Positions 36,664 to 48,662 of a stretch of DNA of 64,000 nt are shown here, one piece after another. The stretch covers positions 79,911-143,910 of the forward strand of contig JAZKFH010000008.1 in assembly GCA_040386535.1 (NCBI GenBank), written 5' to 3'. How positions within the stretch are numbered: the first letter of the stretch is position 1; every line of letters starts with the position of its first letter. This DNA comes from Myxococcota bacterium. Its GTDB lineage: Bacteria > Myxococcota_A > UBA796 > SXON01. The notes under the pieces are model-generated. The model saw only the letters and a program-made list of their open reading frames with translations. It did no database searches and was not told where the DNA came from. The translations under genes were made by a program, and so were the position numbers.

Positions 36664-37665
36664 CTAGAACCCCGCCTGCATGTGCACCACGATCCCGTGC
36701 TCGGGGGCCTCGGGCGTGGCGTCGGCCCAGCTGCGCTCATAGGTCACGGCCACCGCCACCTTGTCCAGGAAGTCCTTCTCCACGCCGCCGATGAGCAGCG
36801 TCTCGCCGTCATCCTCCGTCGCCATGTCCGGATCCCAGTGGTCGTACCGGACCACGAGCCCCGCGTACTTCGGAAGGCGCGGGTTGAGCGTGGCGGAGTA
36901 GCCGAAGCCGCTCACGTTGCCCTCCATCTTGCCGATGCCCTCGGCCCACACGAGCAGGCGCGGCATCTGGAAGCCGACGGCGCCCGCGTAGAGGAAGGTG
37001 GGGACGCCGGTGGTCGGGTGGCCGGAGTACGACGCGAACGCGGTGATGGGGAGCTCGCGATCCTCCATCTTGGCGAGCGGATCGACCGAGACGTGGGCCT
37101 GAACGGCCTTGCCGGCGTCGACCTCGACCTTGCCGTAGCCCTCGCCGTTCAGGAGGGACAGGTTCCAGTCCACCAGCCCGTCGCCGTGTTTGCCGAGCAG
37201 GGCCACGCCGAGGTCGGCGGTCTCGACGAGGCCGGCGTTCTTGGCGAACGACTCGGTGATGTACCGGTTGCCGGAGAACGCGTCGTAGTAGGGGCTGTAG
37301 GGCGTGTCGATCATGCCCGCGCGGAGCTCGAGCGGCCCGAGGTCCTTGACCGCGAGGTACGCGTGCTTGACGAACACCCGGTACTTCGTGTCGAAGGTGG
37401 CCTCGGTGCCGTCCCCGAAGGCGAGGGGCTTCATCCGGTCGGCGTCGAGCGTGATGCGGGCCGCGAAGCGCTTGTTGATGGCGACATCGGTGCGGAGGTA
37501 CACGCGATCGATCGCGAACGCGTTCGCCATCTCGGCGCCGTCCGTCAGATCGAACTGGTACCGGGCGAAGATCATGCCGCCCGGCTTGACCACGGGGAAC
37601 TTGGGGGGCTCGACGGGAGCGTCGGCGGCATGGGCAATCGACAGGATCAACGCGAGAATGGGCAT
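36664..37665 (-). CDS. Outer-membrane beta-barrel/porin (OprO/OprP-like)
   Basis: Signal peptide (AHA); FAIDRVYL, FVKHAYL, LELRAG, NGEG motifs; C-terminal Phe. Confidence 0.75.
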   Translation of the reverse strand: MPILALILSIAHAADAPVEPPKFPVVKPGGMIFARYQFDLTDGAEMANAFAIDRVYLRTDVAINKRFAARITLDADRMKPLAFGDGTEATFDTKYRVFVKHAYLAVKDLGPLELRAGMIDTPYSPYYDAFSGNRYITESFAKNAGLVETADLGVALLGKHGDGLVDWNLSLLNGEGYGKVEVDAGKAVQAHVSVDPLAKMEDRELPITAFASYSGHPTTGVPTFLYAGAVGFQMPRLLVWAEGIGKMEGNVSGFGYSATLNPRLPKYAGLVVRYDHWDPDMATEDDGETLLIGGVEKDFLDKVAVAVTYERSWADATPEAPEHGIVVHMQAGF

Positions 37666-37801
37666 ACGGGCTCCGAAGCGCCCTGGCCGTAACCAAGGCG
37701 TCCCCGGACGGTCACCCTCCTGAGACCAAGGTCACGTACTCGTCACGATCTCGGGACGGGTCCGTGTCCTCTGTGCCGAGCCCGGCTCAGAGGACCGGGG
37801 C

Positions 37802-39487
37802 TCAGAGGATCCCGTACTCCGGCCCGTTGCCACCCTCGGGCGGCACCCAGGTGATGATCTGGTACGGATCGCGGATGTCGCAGGTCTTGCAGTGCACGCA
37901 GTTCGAGAAGTCGATCTGCAGCTCGGCGCGCCCCGTCACCGGGTTGGGATGCATGTTGTAGACCTGGGCCGGGCAGAACCGGGTGCACGGGTTGCCGTAC
38001 TCCTCGGCGCATTGCGTGGCGCAGATCTCACGGTCGACCACCTTCAGGTGCGCCGGCTGCTTCTCCTCGTGCTTGGTGCCCGAGTGGTACACGTCGGTCA
38101 GCTTGTCGACCAGGTACACGTTGTCGAAGACGAGCTCGTCCCGCTCGGGCATGCCCTTGTGCCCGTGCACGTGGGCGACCTTCTTCATGTGCTCGTAGTC
38201 CGCGTCGAAGGGCTTGATGTCCTTGCCGGGGCCGAACACCATCGCCATGCCGACGCTCGCCATGCCGCCGATCACGCCCTTGTCGAAGCCGGCGTGGAAG
38301 TTCTTGGCGGGCTCCATCTCCTCGCGGATCCAGCTGCCGTCGACCCGCTCCTTGTACGCCGCGAGCACGGCCTCGGACGAGTCGCCCCGGCGGAGCGCGT
38401 CGAACGCGGTCTCGGCGGCCAACATGCCGGTCTTCATGGAGAGGTGGATGCCCTTGATGCGGGCCGGGTTCAGGAAGCTCGCCGAGTCGCCGACGATCAT
38501 CGCGCCGTCCGCGAAGAGCTTCGGGATCGACGCCCAGCCGCCCACGGTCACGGCCTTGGCGCCGTACTTCACGACCTTGCCCGCGCCGAGCTTCTTGCGC
38601 ATGTACGGATGCGCCTTGAGCTTCTGCAAGAGGTAGTGCGCGTCCATCGCGGGGTCCTTCGCGCCGAGCTCGACGAGAAGGCCGATCGCGTACTTGTCGT
38701 CCGCCATCGCGTAGACGAAGGCGCCGCCGAAGGTGGAGAGATCGAGAGGATAGCCGAGGGTGAGGATGACCTCGCCCTTCTTGACCGTGCCCTTCGGCAT
38801 CTCGATGACCTCCTTGACCCCGATCTCGTAGACCTGGGGCTGGGAGTCCTTGTCGAGGCCGAGGCGGTTGATGAGCTGCCGGGAGAGGGTGCCGCGCGGC
38901 CCCTCGCCGAGGATGGTCACCTTGGCCATGATGTCGATGCCGGCCTCGAAGGTCGCCTTGGGCTGCCCGTCGGGGCCGATGCCCTTGTCGCCCGTGCGGA
39001 CGCCGACCACGCGGTCGCCTTCCCACAACAGCTGCACGCCGGCGAAGCCGGAGAACAGCATCAGCCCCTTCTCCTCGGCCTTTGCCGCCAGCCACTTCTG
39101 CAGCTTGGCGATGGAGATGATGGGGTTGCCGTGGTCCTCCATGCCAGGGGGCATGAGCGGCGCGGGGAACGCCATCGTCTTGGTGAGGACGACGAAGGTC
39201 TCCTCCTCGACGTAGCGCTCGACGAAAGGGGCGTCCTTCTGCCAGCCGGGGAGCAGCTCGTCGAGCGCGCGCGGGTCGAGCACGGCGCCGGAGATGGCGT
39301 GGCTGCCGATCTCGCTGCCCTTGTCCATCAGGGCGATGGTCGGCTCTTCCAGGCGGGTGCCGGGCCCGCCGGCGTCCACCGCGGCGTTGTGCGCCTGGAT
39401 GAGATCCAGGAGGCGGATCGCCCCGGCGAGGCAGGCGGGGCCGCCTCCGACGAACAGGACATCCACGGGCATCGCTTCGCGTTGCAT
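37802..39487 (-). CDS. Electron transfer flavoprotein-ubiquinone oxidoreductase
   Basis: VGGGPAC, GSHAISGA, IKGIHLSMKTG, CTRFCPAQVY, NCVHCKTCDI, PEGGNGP. Confidence 0.96.
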   Translation of the reverse strand: MQREAMPVDVLFVGGGPACLAGAIRLLDLIQAHNAAVDAGGPGTRLEEPTIALMDKGSEIGSHAISGAVLDPRALDELLPGWQKDAPFVERYVEEETFVVLTKTMAFPAPLMPPGMEDHGNPIISIAKLQKWLAAKAEEKGLMLFSGFAGVQLLWEGDRVVGVRTGDKGIGPDGQPKATFEAGIDIMAKVTILGEGPRGTLSRQLINRLGLDKDSQPQVYEIGVKEVIEMPKGTVKKGEVILTLGYPLDLSTFGGAFVYAMADDKYAIGLLVELGAKDPAMDAHYLLQKLKAHPYMRKKLGAGKVVKYGAKAVTVGGWASIPKLFADGAMIVGDSASFLNPARIKGIHLSMKTGMLAAETAFDALRRGDSSEAVLAAYKERVDGSWIREEMEPAKNFHAGFDKGVIGGMASVGMAMVFGPGKDIKPFDADYEHMKKVAHVHGHKGMPERDELVFDNVYLVDKLTDVYHSGTKHEEKQPAHLKVVDREICATQCAEEYGNPCTRFCPAQVYNMHPNPVTGRAELQIDFSNCVHCKTCDIRDPYQIITWVPPEGGNGPEYGIL

Positions 39488-39604
39488 CTGGGCGGCTCCA
39501 ATCTGAGAACTGAGGGGTCATTCACTAACGGGTCGCGGCCGTTCGGTCGACGTGTTCCCCCTGGCGGGCTAATCCGCAGGCCGTCTTTCCCTGGCCGCCG
39601 CCGC

Positions 39605-40249
39605 ATGTCCACCAAGCTCAAGATCCTCGCGTTCCTGACCACGTTCCTCGTGGTGATCGACCAGATCACCAAGGTGTGGACCGTGCGGGCGCTCCGCTAC
39701 AGCGGCCAGAACCTGACCGCGCACACGTGGAAGGGGCTCGAACAGCTCGGGTACGACCGGGCAAATCCGGAAGAGATCCAGATCATCCCCGGGTTCCTGT
39801 CGCTCATCCACGCCCAGAACCCGGGCGCCGCGATGGGCATGCTGGTGAGCTTCGAGCACCGGATGTGGGTGTTCCTGGTGTTCACCATCGTCGCCGTCGG
39901 CGTGCTGGTGAGCATGTACCGGCAGCTCCCCGACAACGACCGCTTCCAGTCCGCCACGATCGCGCTCATCCTCTCGGGCGCCGTCGGCAACGCGATCGAT
40001 CGCGTGCACAAGCAGACCGTGACCGACTTCATCCGCGTCTACACCGACGCGCCCGCGGCCAAGGCGTGGCTGATCGACACCTTCCGCACCGCCGAGTGGC
40101 CCACGTTCAACGTGGCGGACGCCGCGATCGTGGTCGGGGTCGCGATGTACCTCATCCAGTACCTCGTGTTCGAGCGCGACAAGGACATCGGCAACGCCGG
40201 CAAGAGCCCGCTGGACGACGCCGAGGGAACACCCGGCGCCCGCTCGTAG
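39605..40249 (+). CDS. lspA: Lipoprotein signal peptidase II
   Basis: DQITK, NPGAAMG, GAVGNAIDR, VTDFI, FNVAD. Confidence 0.96.
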   Translation: MSTKLKILAFLTTFLVVIDQITKVWTVRALRYSGQNLTAHTWKGLEQLGYDRANPEEIQIIPGFLSLIHAQNPGAAMGMLVSFEHRMWVFLVFTIVAVGVLVSMYRQLPDNDRFQSATIALILSGAVGNAIDRVHKQTVTDFIRVYTDAPAAKAWLIDTFRTAEWPTFNVADAAIVVGVAMYLIQYLVFERDKDIGNAGKSPLDDAEGTPGARS

Positions 40250-40255
40250 TTTCGG

Positions 40256-41089
40256 GTGCACCCCATCCTGTTCACGGTCGGGGGCCTGGAGGTGCACACC
40301 TACGGCGTCATGGCCGCGGTGGGGTTCCTGTTCGGCGTGACCGGGGCGGCGATCCTCGGGAGTCGCCCGGGCCCGAGTGGGCGCTCCGAGGGCGATCTCT
40401 CGTGGGACTTCTTGTGGGACCTCGCCATCGTCCTCATCGTCGGCGCGGTGGTCGGCTCCCGGCTGGAGTACGTGCGCACCCGGTGGGCCAAGTACGCCGC
40501 GGCCCCGATGGAGATCCTGGATTTGCGCGACGGCGGCCTGGTCTTCTACGGCGGGCTGATCGGGGCCGTGCTCTCCGCGCTGCTCTTCATCCGGTGGCGT
40601 CGCAAGCCGGTGTGGCGGGTGCTCGACCTGTACGCGCCCTTCATCGTGTTGGGGCACGCGTTCGGGCGGATCGGCTGCTTCGCCGCGGGCTGTTGTTACG
40701 GCGCGCCGACGGATGTGCCCTGGGCGGTCGTGTACCCGATGGGCGGCAAGCCCCCCGGCGGCGTGCCCCTTCACCCGACCCAGCTCTACGAGGTGCTCAC
40801 CAACGTGCTCGTCGGGGCCGTGCTGCTGGGAGTGCGGGCGCGGGGGCCGCGCGGCGGGGCGACCAACGGCGAGGGGCTGACCTTCGCCGCGCTGTTGGTC
40901 CTGTACCCGGCGTTCCGCGTCGTGAACGAGCTGTTCCGGGGGGACGGCATCCGGGGCTACGTGGCCGGGGGCGTCACCAACGGGCAGGCGATCTCGGCGG
41001 CGTTGTTCGCCGCGGGGCTTGTGCTCTTGTGGACGCGCTGGCCGAGGCCCGGATCGGGGCCCAAGCCGGGCGTCAATACTGCGCGGTGA
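40256..41089 (+). CDS. lgt: Prolipoprotein diacylglyceryl transferase
   Basis: MHPILF, TYG, GGLVFYGG, GRIGCF, HPTQLYE; follows lspA. Confidence 0.93.
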   Translation: MHPILFTVGGLEVHTYGVMAAVGFLFGVTGAAILGSRPGPSGRSEGDLSWDFLWDLAIVLIVGAVVGSRLEYVRTRWAKYAAAPMEILDLRDGGLVFYGGLIGAVLSALLFIRWRRKPVWRVLDLYAPFIVLGHAFGRIGCFAAGCCYGAPTDVPWAVVYPMGGKPPGGVPLHPTQLYEVLTNVLVGAVLLGVRARGPRGGATNGEGLTFAALLVLYPAFRVVNELFRGDGIRGYVAGGVTNGQAISAALFAAGLVLLWTRWPRPGSGPKPGVNTAR

Positions 41090-41708
41090 GCTCGATCGTG
41101 TCGATGCGGGCGTGATCCCCCGCGGGCTCGATGCGCGCGAGGGTGACCTTCCCGCTGCTCACCGCCATGACGACGAGCCCCTGGTCGGCGAGGATGCTGC
41201 CGGGAGACACCACGCGCTCCTCCCCGGAGGAGAGCCCCAGGATGGCGCGTGGCGGCTGGGCCTGGGGGAGCGTGGAGACGAGGCGGACGGGCCACTGCAC
41301 TTGTGACGGCAGGCCGACGGGCGGCGGCGCGGGAGGCTCGACCGGCGGGGCCACGGCGGCGACGGGCTCCGCGGCGTCGAGCGCGGCGGGATCGACCCCG
41401 GCGGCGGTGACCATGCCGGTGGCGAGGTCACCCACGGCGAGCTCCTCGCTCGAGAGGATCAGCGGCGGCTCGGAGGGGAAGGCGAACGCCGGGTCGACGG
41501 GGGCGGTGCCGGCGGGGGCGGTGCCGGCCGGGGTCGTGCCGTCCGCGGCGGGGGCGCCGGCCACGGCGGCGGGGCGCGGCGCGGGCGCGAAGATGTCACC
41601 ACGGCTCTCCATCGGCTCACAAGCCGGGAGCGCGGCGCCGAAACACGCGACCGCCGCCAGGAGCCGGAGCCACGCAGGGGCGATGGAATCAGTGCGGTCG
41701 GACGACAT
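41073..41708 (-). CDS. Hypothetical lipoprotein with PilP-like C-terminal domain
   Basis: LPAC lipobox-like; Pro/Ala linker; VRLVST...PRAILGLSSGEERVVSPGSILADQGLVVMAV. Confidence 0.55.
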   Translation of the reverse strand: MSSDRTDSIAPAWLRLLAAVACFGAALPACEPMESRGDIFAPAPRPAAVAGAPAADGTTPAGTAPAGTAPVDPAFAFPSEPPLILSSEELAVGDLATGMVTAAGVDPAALDAAEPVAAVAPPVEPPAPPPVGLPSQVQWPVRLVSTLPQAQPPRAILGLSSGEERVVSPGSILADQGLVVMAVSSGKVTLARIEPAGDHARIDTIELTAQY

Positions 41709-41720
41709 CCGGGTAGTCTA

Positions 41721-42224
41721 ATGGGCCAGGCGAGGTGGGGCGTAGACCAGTGGCTGTTGTTCGCGGTCGGGTTCGGCGCCGCCACGTGCTTGTGGATCGG
41801 CCTGGCCTGGATCCCACGCCGCCTCGCCCCGGTGAACGCCTTGCGCGCGTTCGCGTCGGCGCGTGGCGCGCGGGTGCGCGGCGACGGTCGCGTGGAGCCC
41901 CTGTCCATCCTCGGGGTCGCGCGCGGGCGCCCGTTCACCGTGACGTGGCAGCGCCCCGCCGGCGGCGGTGACGTGCTGCTGGTCGGCGTGGACTGCCGCG
42001 TGCCCGACGGCGCGGTGCCGGTCGACGGGGCGGCCGGTGGGGACGGCGACGGGGAGGCCGACGGGGTGACCGCCGCGGAGGGGGACGCCCTGGTCACGCG
42101 GTGGGTGCGCCCCGGCGCGGACGTGCTCGATCCGGCGCGCCTCGGCGCCCTGGTGGACGCGCTCGCGCAGATGGCGGAAGAGCTGGAGGCGGCCCACCCC
42201 GCGTTCGAGGGCGAGCCGGACTGA
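41721..42224 (+). CDS. Hypothetical membrane-anchored protein
   Basis: N-terminal TM segment; fills the gap between neighbouring genes. Confidence 0.55.
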   Translation: MGQARWGVDQWLLFAVGFGAATCLWIGLAWIPRRLAPVNALRAFASARGARVRGDGRVEPLSILGVARGRPFTVTWQRPAGGGDVLLVGVDCRVPDGAVPVDGAAGGDGDGEADGVTAAEGDALVTRWVRPGADVLDPARLGALVDALAQMAEELEAAHPAFEGEPD

Positions 42225-42235
42225 TCACCCCAGGA

Positions 42236-42799
42236 TCACGGCGCCGCCTCGATCCTGGCGTGGGTCGCGGTCGCGTCGGCGGGGCCCACGAAGTGGAGGA
42301 CGCGGAACGGCGCGGTGTCGTCGTCGGCGCCGCCGATCTGCAACCCCGCCTCCCAGCGCCCCTCCAGCCACACCGCGCACACCCGCGGCCCCACGGGGCA
42401 GACGCGGCGCAGGTGGTCGATGAGCGCGACGCCGAGCGCGCTGTCGTCCAGCCGCACCTCGATCGGGCCGCCGGGCGCCGCGGTCGTCGCGTCCGTCGTA
42501 GCATTCGCCGCCGCCGCGGGGGCCTCGGTGCCAAGCCACGCGCGCGTTCCGCCGCCGCGCAGGTCGTTGTCGAAGTCGACCACGACGGGCAGCTGGAGCA
42601 GGTGCGCGCGGTTCGCCTCGAGCCACGCGAGCAGCCCGGGATCGGCGATCGCGGGCCCGTCGACGAAGGGGACATCGACGTGGGGCGTCTTGTTGCCGGG
42701 CATGGCGCCCTCCGGGGTCGAATCGGCGGGGAGCAGGATGGCGGATCGCCCCGCGCAGCCGACGAGGAGGAGCAGGGGGACGGCGTGGAGGGCGCGCAT
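42236..42799 (-). CDS. Hypothetical lipoprotein
   Basis: MRALHAVPLLLLVGC lipobox. Confidence 0.65.
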   Translation of the reverse strand: MRALHAVPLLLLVGCAGRSAILLPADSTPEGAMPGNKTPHVDVPFVDGPAIADPGLLAWLEANRAHLLQLPVVVDFDNDLRGGGTRAWLGTEAPAAAANATTDATTAAPGGPIEVRLDDSALGVALIDHLRRVCPVGPRVCAVWLEGRWEAGLQIGGADDDTAPFRVLHFVGPADATATHARIEAAP

Positions 42800-42839
42800 C
42801 CGAGTTCTTAGCACCGGCGGCAACGGATAGAGGTGCGCC

Positions 42840-43571
42840 ATGTGTCTGGTCCTCGTCGCCTGGCAGGCTCACCCCCGGTACCCGCTCGTGGTCGCCGCCA
42901 ATCGCGACGAATGGCGCGAGCGTCCGACCGAGCCCCTGCACCGCTGGGAGGACGGGTTGTGGGCGGGGCGCGACCGGCTCGGGGGCGGCACCTGGATGGC
43001 GGTGCGGCGCGACGGCGCCTTCGCCGCCACGACCAACTTCCGCGAGCCGGGCCTGGCACGGGGCGCGCGCTCCCGCGGCGAATTGCCGCTGCGCGTGCTC
43101 CGCGCGCCCGGCATCGCCGCGGGGATGCGCGACGTGGGCGACGACGCGGCCGCGTACGGCGGGTTCCACGTCCTCGCGGCCGACCGCGAGGGGCTCTGGC
43201 ACCAGAGCAGCCGCGGCGAGCGGGTCACGCAGCTCGACGCCGGCCTGCACGGCGTGTCGAACGGGCCCCGCGCCGTCGCGTGGCCCAAGGTGCACAGCGG
43301 CCTCGCGGCCCTCGCCGAGGCGCTCACCCCCGACGAGCCCGATGTGGACGCGCTCTTCGCGCTCCTCCAGGACCGCGAGCAGCCGCCCGACCTGCTGCTC
43401 CCCGACACCGGCGTCGGCCTCGACATGGAGCGCGCGCTCGGCGCCCGGTTCATCGATCTGGGGACCTACGGCACGCGGTCGAGCACGGTGGTGCTCGTCG
43501 GCGAGCGCGTGCGCGTGGTCGAGCGCACGTGGGACCCGGGCGGGGGCGTGGTGGACGTGTGGGTGAGCTGA
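42840..43571 (+). CDS. NRDE/TANGO2 family protein
   Basis: MCL start, AANRDE, GRDRLGGGTW, SRGEL, YGTRSST. Confidence 0.95.
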   Translation: MCLVLVAWQAHPRYPLVVAANRDEWRERPTEPLHRWEDGLWAGRDRLGGGTWMAVRRDGAFAATTNFREPGLARGARSRGELPLRVLRAPGIAAGMRDVGDDAAAYGGFHVLAADREGLWHQSSRGERVTQLDAGLHGVSNGPRAVAWPKVHSGLAALAEALTPDEPDVDALFALLQDREQPPDLLLPDTGVGLDMERALGARFIDLGTYGTRSSTVVLVGERVRVVERTWDPGGGVVDVWVS

Positions 43572-43578
43572 CCCCGGC

Positions 43579-45153
43579 CTACCGGCAGGCGAGGTCGAAC
43601 GTTCCGGCGCGCAACACGACGGTGTCGCGGTCGAGCGCGGCCTCGTCACCGGTGCCGAGCTTGCCCTGGTCGTTGCTGCCCCAACACGCGAGCGAGCCGT
43701 CGTTGTACACGCCGCAGACCGAGTCCGTGTAGTAGTTGTAGGCGATGGCGACGACCGGCATGTCGGTCAGGCGCGCGGTCGTGGTGCTGCGGGAGGGATC
43801 GCGGGGATCCGTCTCGTACAGGTACACCGCGCCGTCGTCCTCCAGCCACACGATCGCCTCGGCGCGGTCGGTGCCCTCGACGTAGCCGCCGTCGACCACG
43901 TGGCCGCGCGTCCCGAGCACGGTGCGGCCGCAGGTGAGCCCGCCCTCGTCCACCACACACTCGGCCCGGCCCTGGGACGCGCGCCACACGCTGGTGTCGT
44001 CGATGTTCTCGCTGCCGAAGGTGTCGACCCACACGCTCGAGGCGGGGCCACGGTCGACGGTCAGGGGAGTGGTGCCGTAGCCGTACCCGGTGCACCACAC
44101 CGAGTCGCTGCCGTCGATCGCGCAGTAGCTGTCGGAGGTGCCCGTCGCGATGCGCTCGACACCGGTGGCGCCGCCCACCCACCCGGTCCACGCGCGGTTC
44201 GGATCGGTGGTGCCGTTCCCGAGCTGGCCGGAGTAATTCCAGTAGCCGAGGCACGTCGGGCTCCCGTCGGCCACCGCACACGCGGTGTTGCCCTCCTCGA
44301 TGTTCCACGTGGCCGTCACGATCACCTGGGTGGCCGCGCGCACGCCGGTCGCGACGAAGCTGGTGCCGTACGTCTCGGAGTAGACGCGGCCGGCGCAGAG
44401 GAGCTCCTCGCTGCTGTCGACGTAGCAGACGGCCTGGTCGCCCATGGCGAGGGCCACGTGGGCCGCGCACGTGCCGCCCGCGCTGTCGAGGAACTCCGTC
44501 TGCACGCCCTGCCACATGAACGACTCGGCGGAGGGGGCCACCGGGAACACGGCGGAGGACGAGTCGCACACGGTGTCGGCGCCGTCGCAGTCGCCGTCGA
44601 TGCGGTCGCCGCAGGTGTCGGGGGCGCCGGGGTACACCGAGGCCGACGTGTCGTCGCAGTCCGTCGCGTCGAACACGAAACCGGTGGTGTCGCAGACCAG
44701 CGCGGTGAACGTCGCGTCGCCAAAAGTGTCGCCGTCGGCGTCCGCGTAGGCGGTCACGGCGTCGGTGACCGAGTCGTCCGCGAGGTCGACCATCGTGTCG
44801 CAGTCGTTGTCGACGCCGTCGCAGATCTCGACGCCGTCGGGATGGACGGTGGCGTTGGTGTCGTCACAGTCGTAGCCCGCGGCGTAGCCGTCGCCGTCCT
44901 CATCGACCCGCACGTCGGTGTCCGTGTCCGTGTCGGTGTCCGTATCGGTGTCGGTGTCCGTGTCGGTGTCGGTGTCGGTGTCCGTGTCCGTGTCCGTATC
45001 GGTGTCCGTCTCGGTGTCGGTGTCGGTGTCGTCGAGGTCGTTCCCGCCGGTGTCGTCGGCCTTGTCGGCGTCCTCTCCGGTGCAGCCCACGAGGGCGAGC
45101 GAGGCGAGGACGAGCGAGGAGCGGGCGAACGAGGCGAGGAGCGAGCGCGTCAT
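43579..45153 (-). CDS. Lipoprotein with (DT)n linker, MopE-like Asp/Cys motifs and RCC1-like repeats
   Basis: LVGC lipobox; DCDDTNATVHPDGVEICDGVDNDCD; CWGSNDQGKLGTG. Confidence 0.85.
   Translation of the reverse strand: MTRSLLASFARSSLVLASLALVGCTGEDADKADDTGGNDLDDTDTDTETDTDTDTDTDTDTDTDTDTDTDTDTDTDTDTDVRVDEDGDGYAAGYDCDDTNATVHPDGVEICDGVDNDCDTMVDLADDSVTDAVTAYADADGDTFGDATFTALVCDTTGFVFDATDCDDTSASVYPGAPDTCGDRIDGDCDGADTVCDSSSAVFPVAPSAESFMWQGVQTEFLDSAGGTCAAHVALAMGDQAVCYVDSSEELLCAGRVYSETYGTSFVATGVRAATQVIVTATWNIEEGNTACAVADGSPTCLGYWNYSGQLGNGTTDPNRAWTGWVGGATGVERIATGTSDSYCAIDGSDSVWCTGYGYGTTPLTVDRGPASSVWVDTFGSENIDDTSVWRASQGRAECVVDEGGLTCGRTVLGTRGHVVDGGYVEGTDRAEAIVWLEDDGAVYLYETDPRDPSRSTTTARLTDMPVVAIAYNYYTDSVCGVYNDGSLACWGSNDQGKLGTGDEAALDRDTVVLRAGTFDLACR
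44914..45030 (-). repeat. In-frame hexamer repeat (GACACS)n encoding about 19 Asp-Thr pairs
   Basis: Direct reading; synonymous third positions vary. Confidence 0.9.
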
Positions 45154-45291
45154 GAAACCATCCGGGGGCCCGGAGTCTAACGTAGGGAGCGTGCAGACGC
45201 GCGCCCGGTCGCGCCCGGCCCCGCGCGGCCGTCGTGTGGCGCGTTTGTCAGGAATCGGCCTCGAACCTTTCACCCGTATGTCGGCCTGCCG

Positions 45292-47169
<1,878 letters not shown>

Positions 47170-47267
47170 GGGTCGGAAGCCGGGGTTGGGCGACCACGAG
47201 GGGCGCGGTGCCCGGCGCCAGAGCGCGCCGACCGCGCCCGGTCGGCACAGGCGGGTTGGGAGAGGCG

Positions 47268-48662
47268 TCACGGAACGGTGGACTGCCCGAGCGCGTCACT
47301 GCCCCAGCAGGTGATCGCCCCCGTGGTGTCGAGCGCGCAGGTGTGGAAGATGCCGGCGGACACGGACACGAAGCTGCCCGAGGGCGGGGTGGACTGGCCG
47401 TAGTCGTCGAACCCCCAACATTGGACGGCCCCGCCGCTCTCGACGCCGCACGTGTGGTCGGCGCCGGCCGACATGGAGACGAAGGTGCCGGCCGGCGGCG
47501 TGGACTGCCCGTAGTAGTCGGTGCCCCAGCACGTGATGGCGCCGCCCGCCGCGAGCCCGCAGCTATGGGAGCCACCCGCGTTCACGGAGAGGAAGGTCTC
47601 CGCGGGCGCGTCGGTCTGGCCGTGGCCGTTGTACCCCCAGCACACCACGGCGCCGTCCCCGTCGAGGGCGCAGGTGTGGCTGTTCCCGTTCAGCCCGCTG
47701 TCGAGGGCGGAGAAGGTGCCGGCGGGAGGGGTCGTCTGGGCGTCCAGATCGCTCCCCCAGCAGCTCACTGCGCCGCTCGTGTCGATGGCGCACGAGTGGC
47801 TGGAGCCGGTGCTCACGGCGACGAAGGAGCCGGCGGGGGCGGTGGTCTCCCCGTAGGAATTGTTCCCCCAGCACCGGAGCGCGCCGCCGTCCTCGATGCC
47901 GCAGGCATGGCCGTTCCCGGAGCTCACGGCGGTGAAGGTGGCATCGGAGGGAGGGTGGAGCTCCCGGTTCCGCTCGGTGTTCTGCCCCCAGCAGACCATC
48001 CACCCGTCGCTGTCGATCGCGCAGGTGTGGTAGCCGCCTGCGCTGAAGCTCCGCCAGCCGCAGCCGTCGATCGCGCCGTCCCCATCGCTGTCGTACGGGT
48101 GCAGCCCGGCGCGGGTGTCGTCGCAGTCCGTGCCGTCCGCGATGCTGCCGTCGGGGGCGGCGCACACGGCCTGGGCCTGGGCGGGATCGCCGTACCCGTC
48201 GGCGTCCCAATCGAAGTACCAGGTGGGCGGATCCTCGTCGATCGCGCCGTCGCAGTCGTTGTCGACGGCGTCGCACGCGTCGGTGGCGCCCGGGTAGACA
48301 GACGCGCTCGCGTCGTCACAGTCGGTCGCGTCCGCCACGGTGCCCGCGGGGGCGTCGCAGGCGGCTTGTGCCACGCCCGGATCGCCGTACCCGTCGGCGT
48401 CGGCGTCGGCGTACCAGGTGGGCGGGTCCTCGTCGGTCTCGCTGTCGCAGTCGTCGTCGACCCCGTTGCAGAGCTCCGTCGCGCCGGGGAACACGTCGGC
48501 GTCGGCGTCGTCGCAGTCGTCGGGCGCGGCGACACCGTCGCCGTCGAGGTCGTCCGTCGCGGTGTCGTCGACCGGGACGGACGTCTCCTCGCCAGACTTG
48601 TCGGCGCACGCGGCGACGAAGAGGCCGATGGCGACGACGAGCGAGAGAGGACGAAGCTGCAT
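47268..48662 (-). CDS. Lipoprotein with MopE-like Asp/Cys repeats and about seven RCC1-like repeats
   Basis: VAAC lipobox; repeated F..VSAG..HTC..D..G.V.CWG...GQ...P. Confidence 0.88.
   Translation of the reverse strand: MQLRPLSLVVAIGLFVAACADKSGEETSVPVDDTATDDLDGDGVAAPDDCDDADADVFPGATELCNGVDDDCDSETDEDPPTWYADADADGYGDPGVAQAACDAPAGTVADATDCDDASASVYPGATDACDAVDNDCDGAIDEDPPTWYFDWDADGYGDPAQAQAVCAAPDGSIADGTDCDDTRAGLHPYDSDGDGAIDGCGWRSFSAGGYHTCAIDSDGWMVCWGQNTERNRELHPPSDATFTAVSSGNGHACGIEDGGALRCWGNNSYGETTAPAGSFVAVSTGSSHSCAIDTSGAVSCWGSDLDAQTTPPAGTFSALDSGLNGNSHTCALDGDGAVVCWGYNGHGQTDAPAETFLSVNAGGSHSCGLAAGGAITCWGTDYYGQSTPPAGTFVSMSAGADHTCGVESGGAVQCWGFDDYGQSTPPSGSFVSVSAGIFHTCALDTTGAITCWGSDALGQSTVP

Noticed and set aside
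40256..41089. Lgt with FYGG instead of FHGG as inactive
   Set aside because: This variant is common outside enterobacteria and the other motifs are intact
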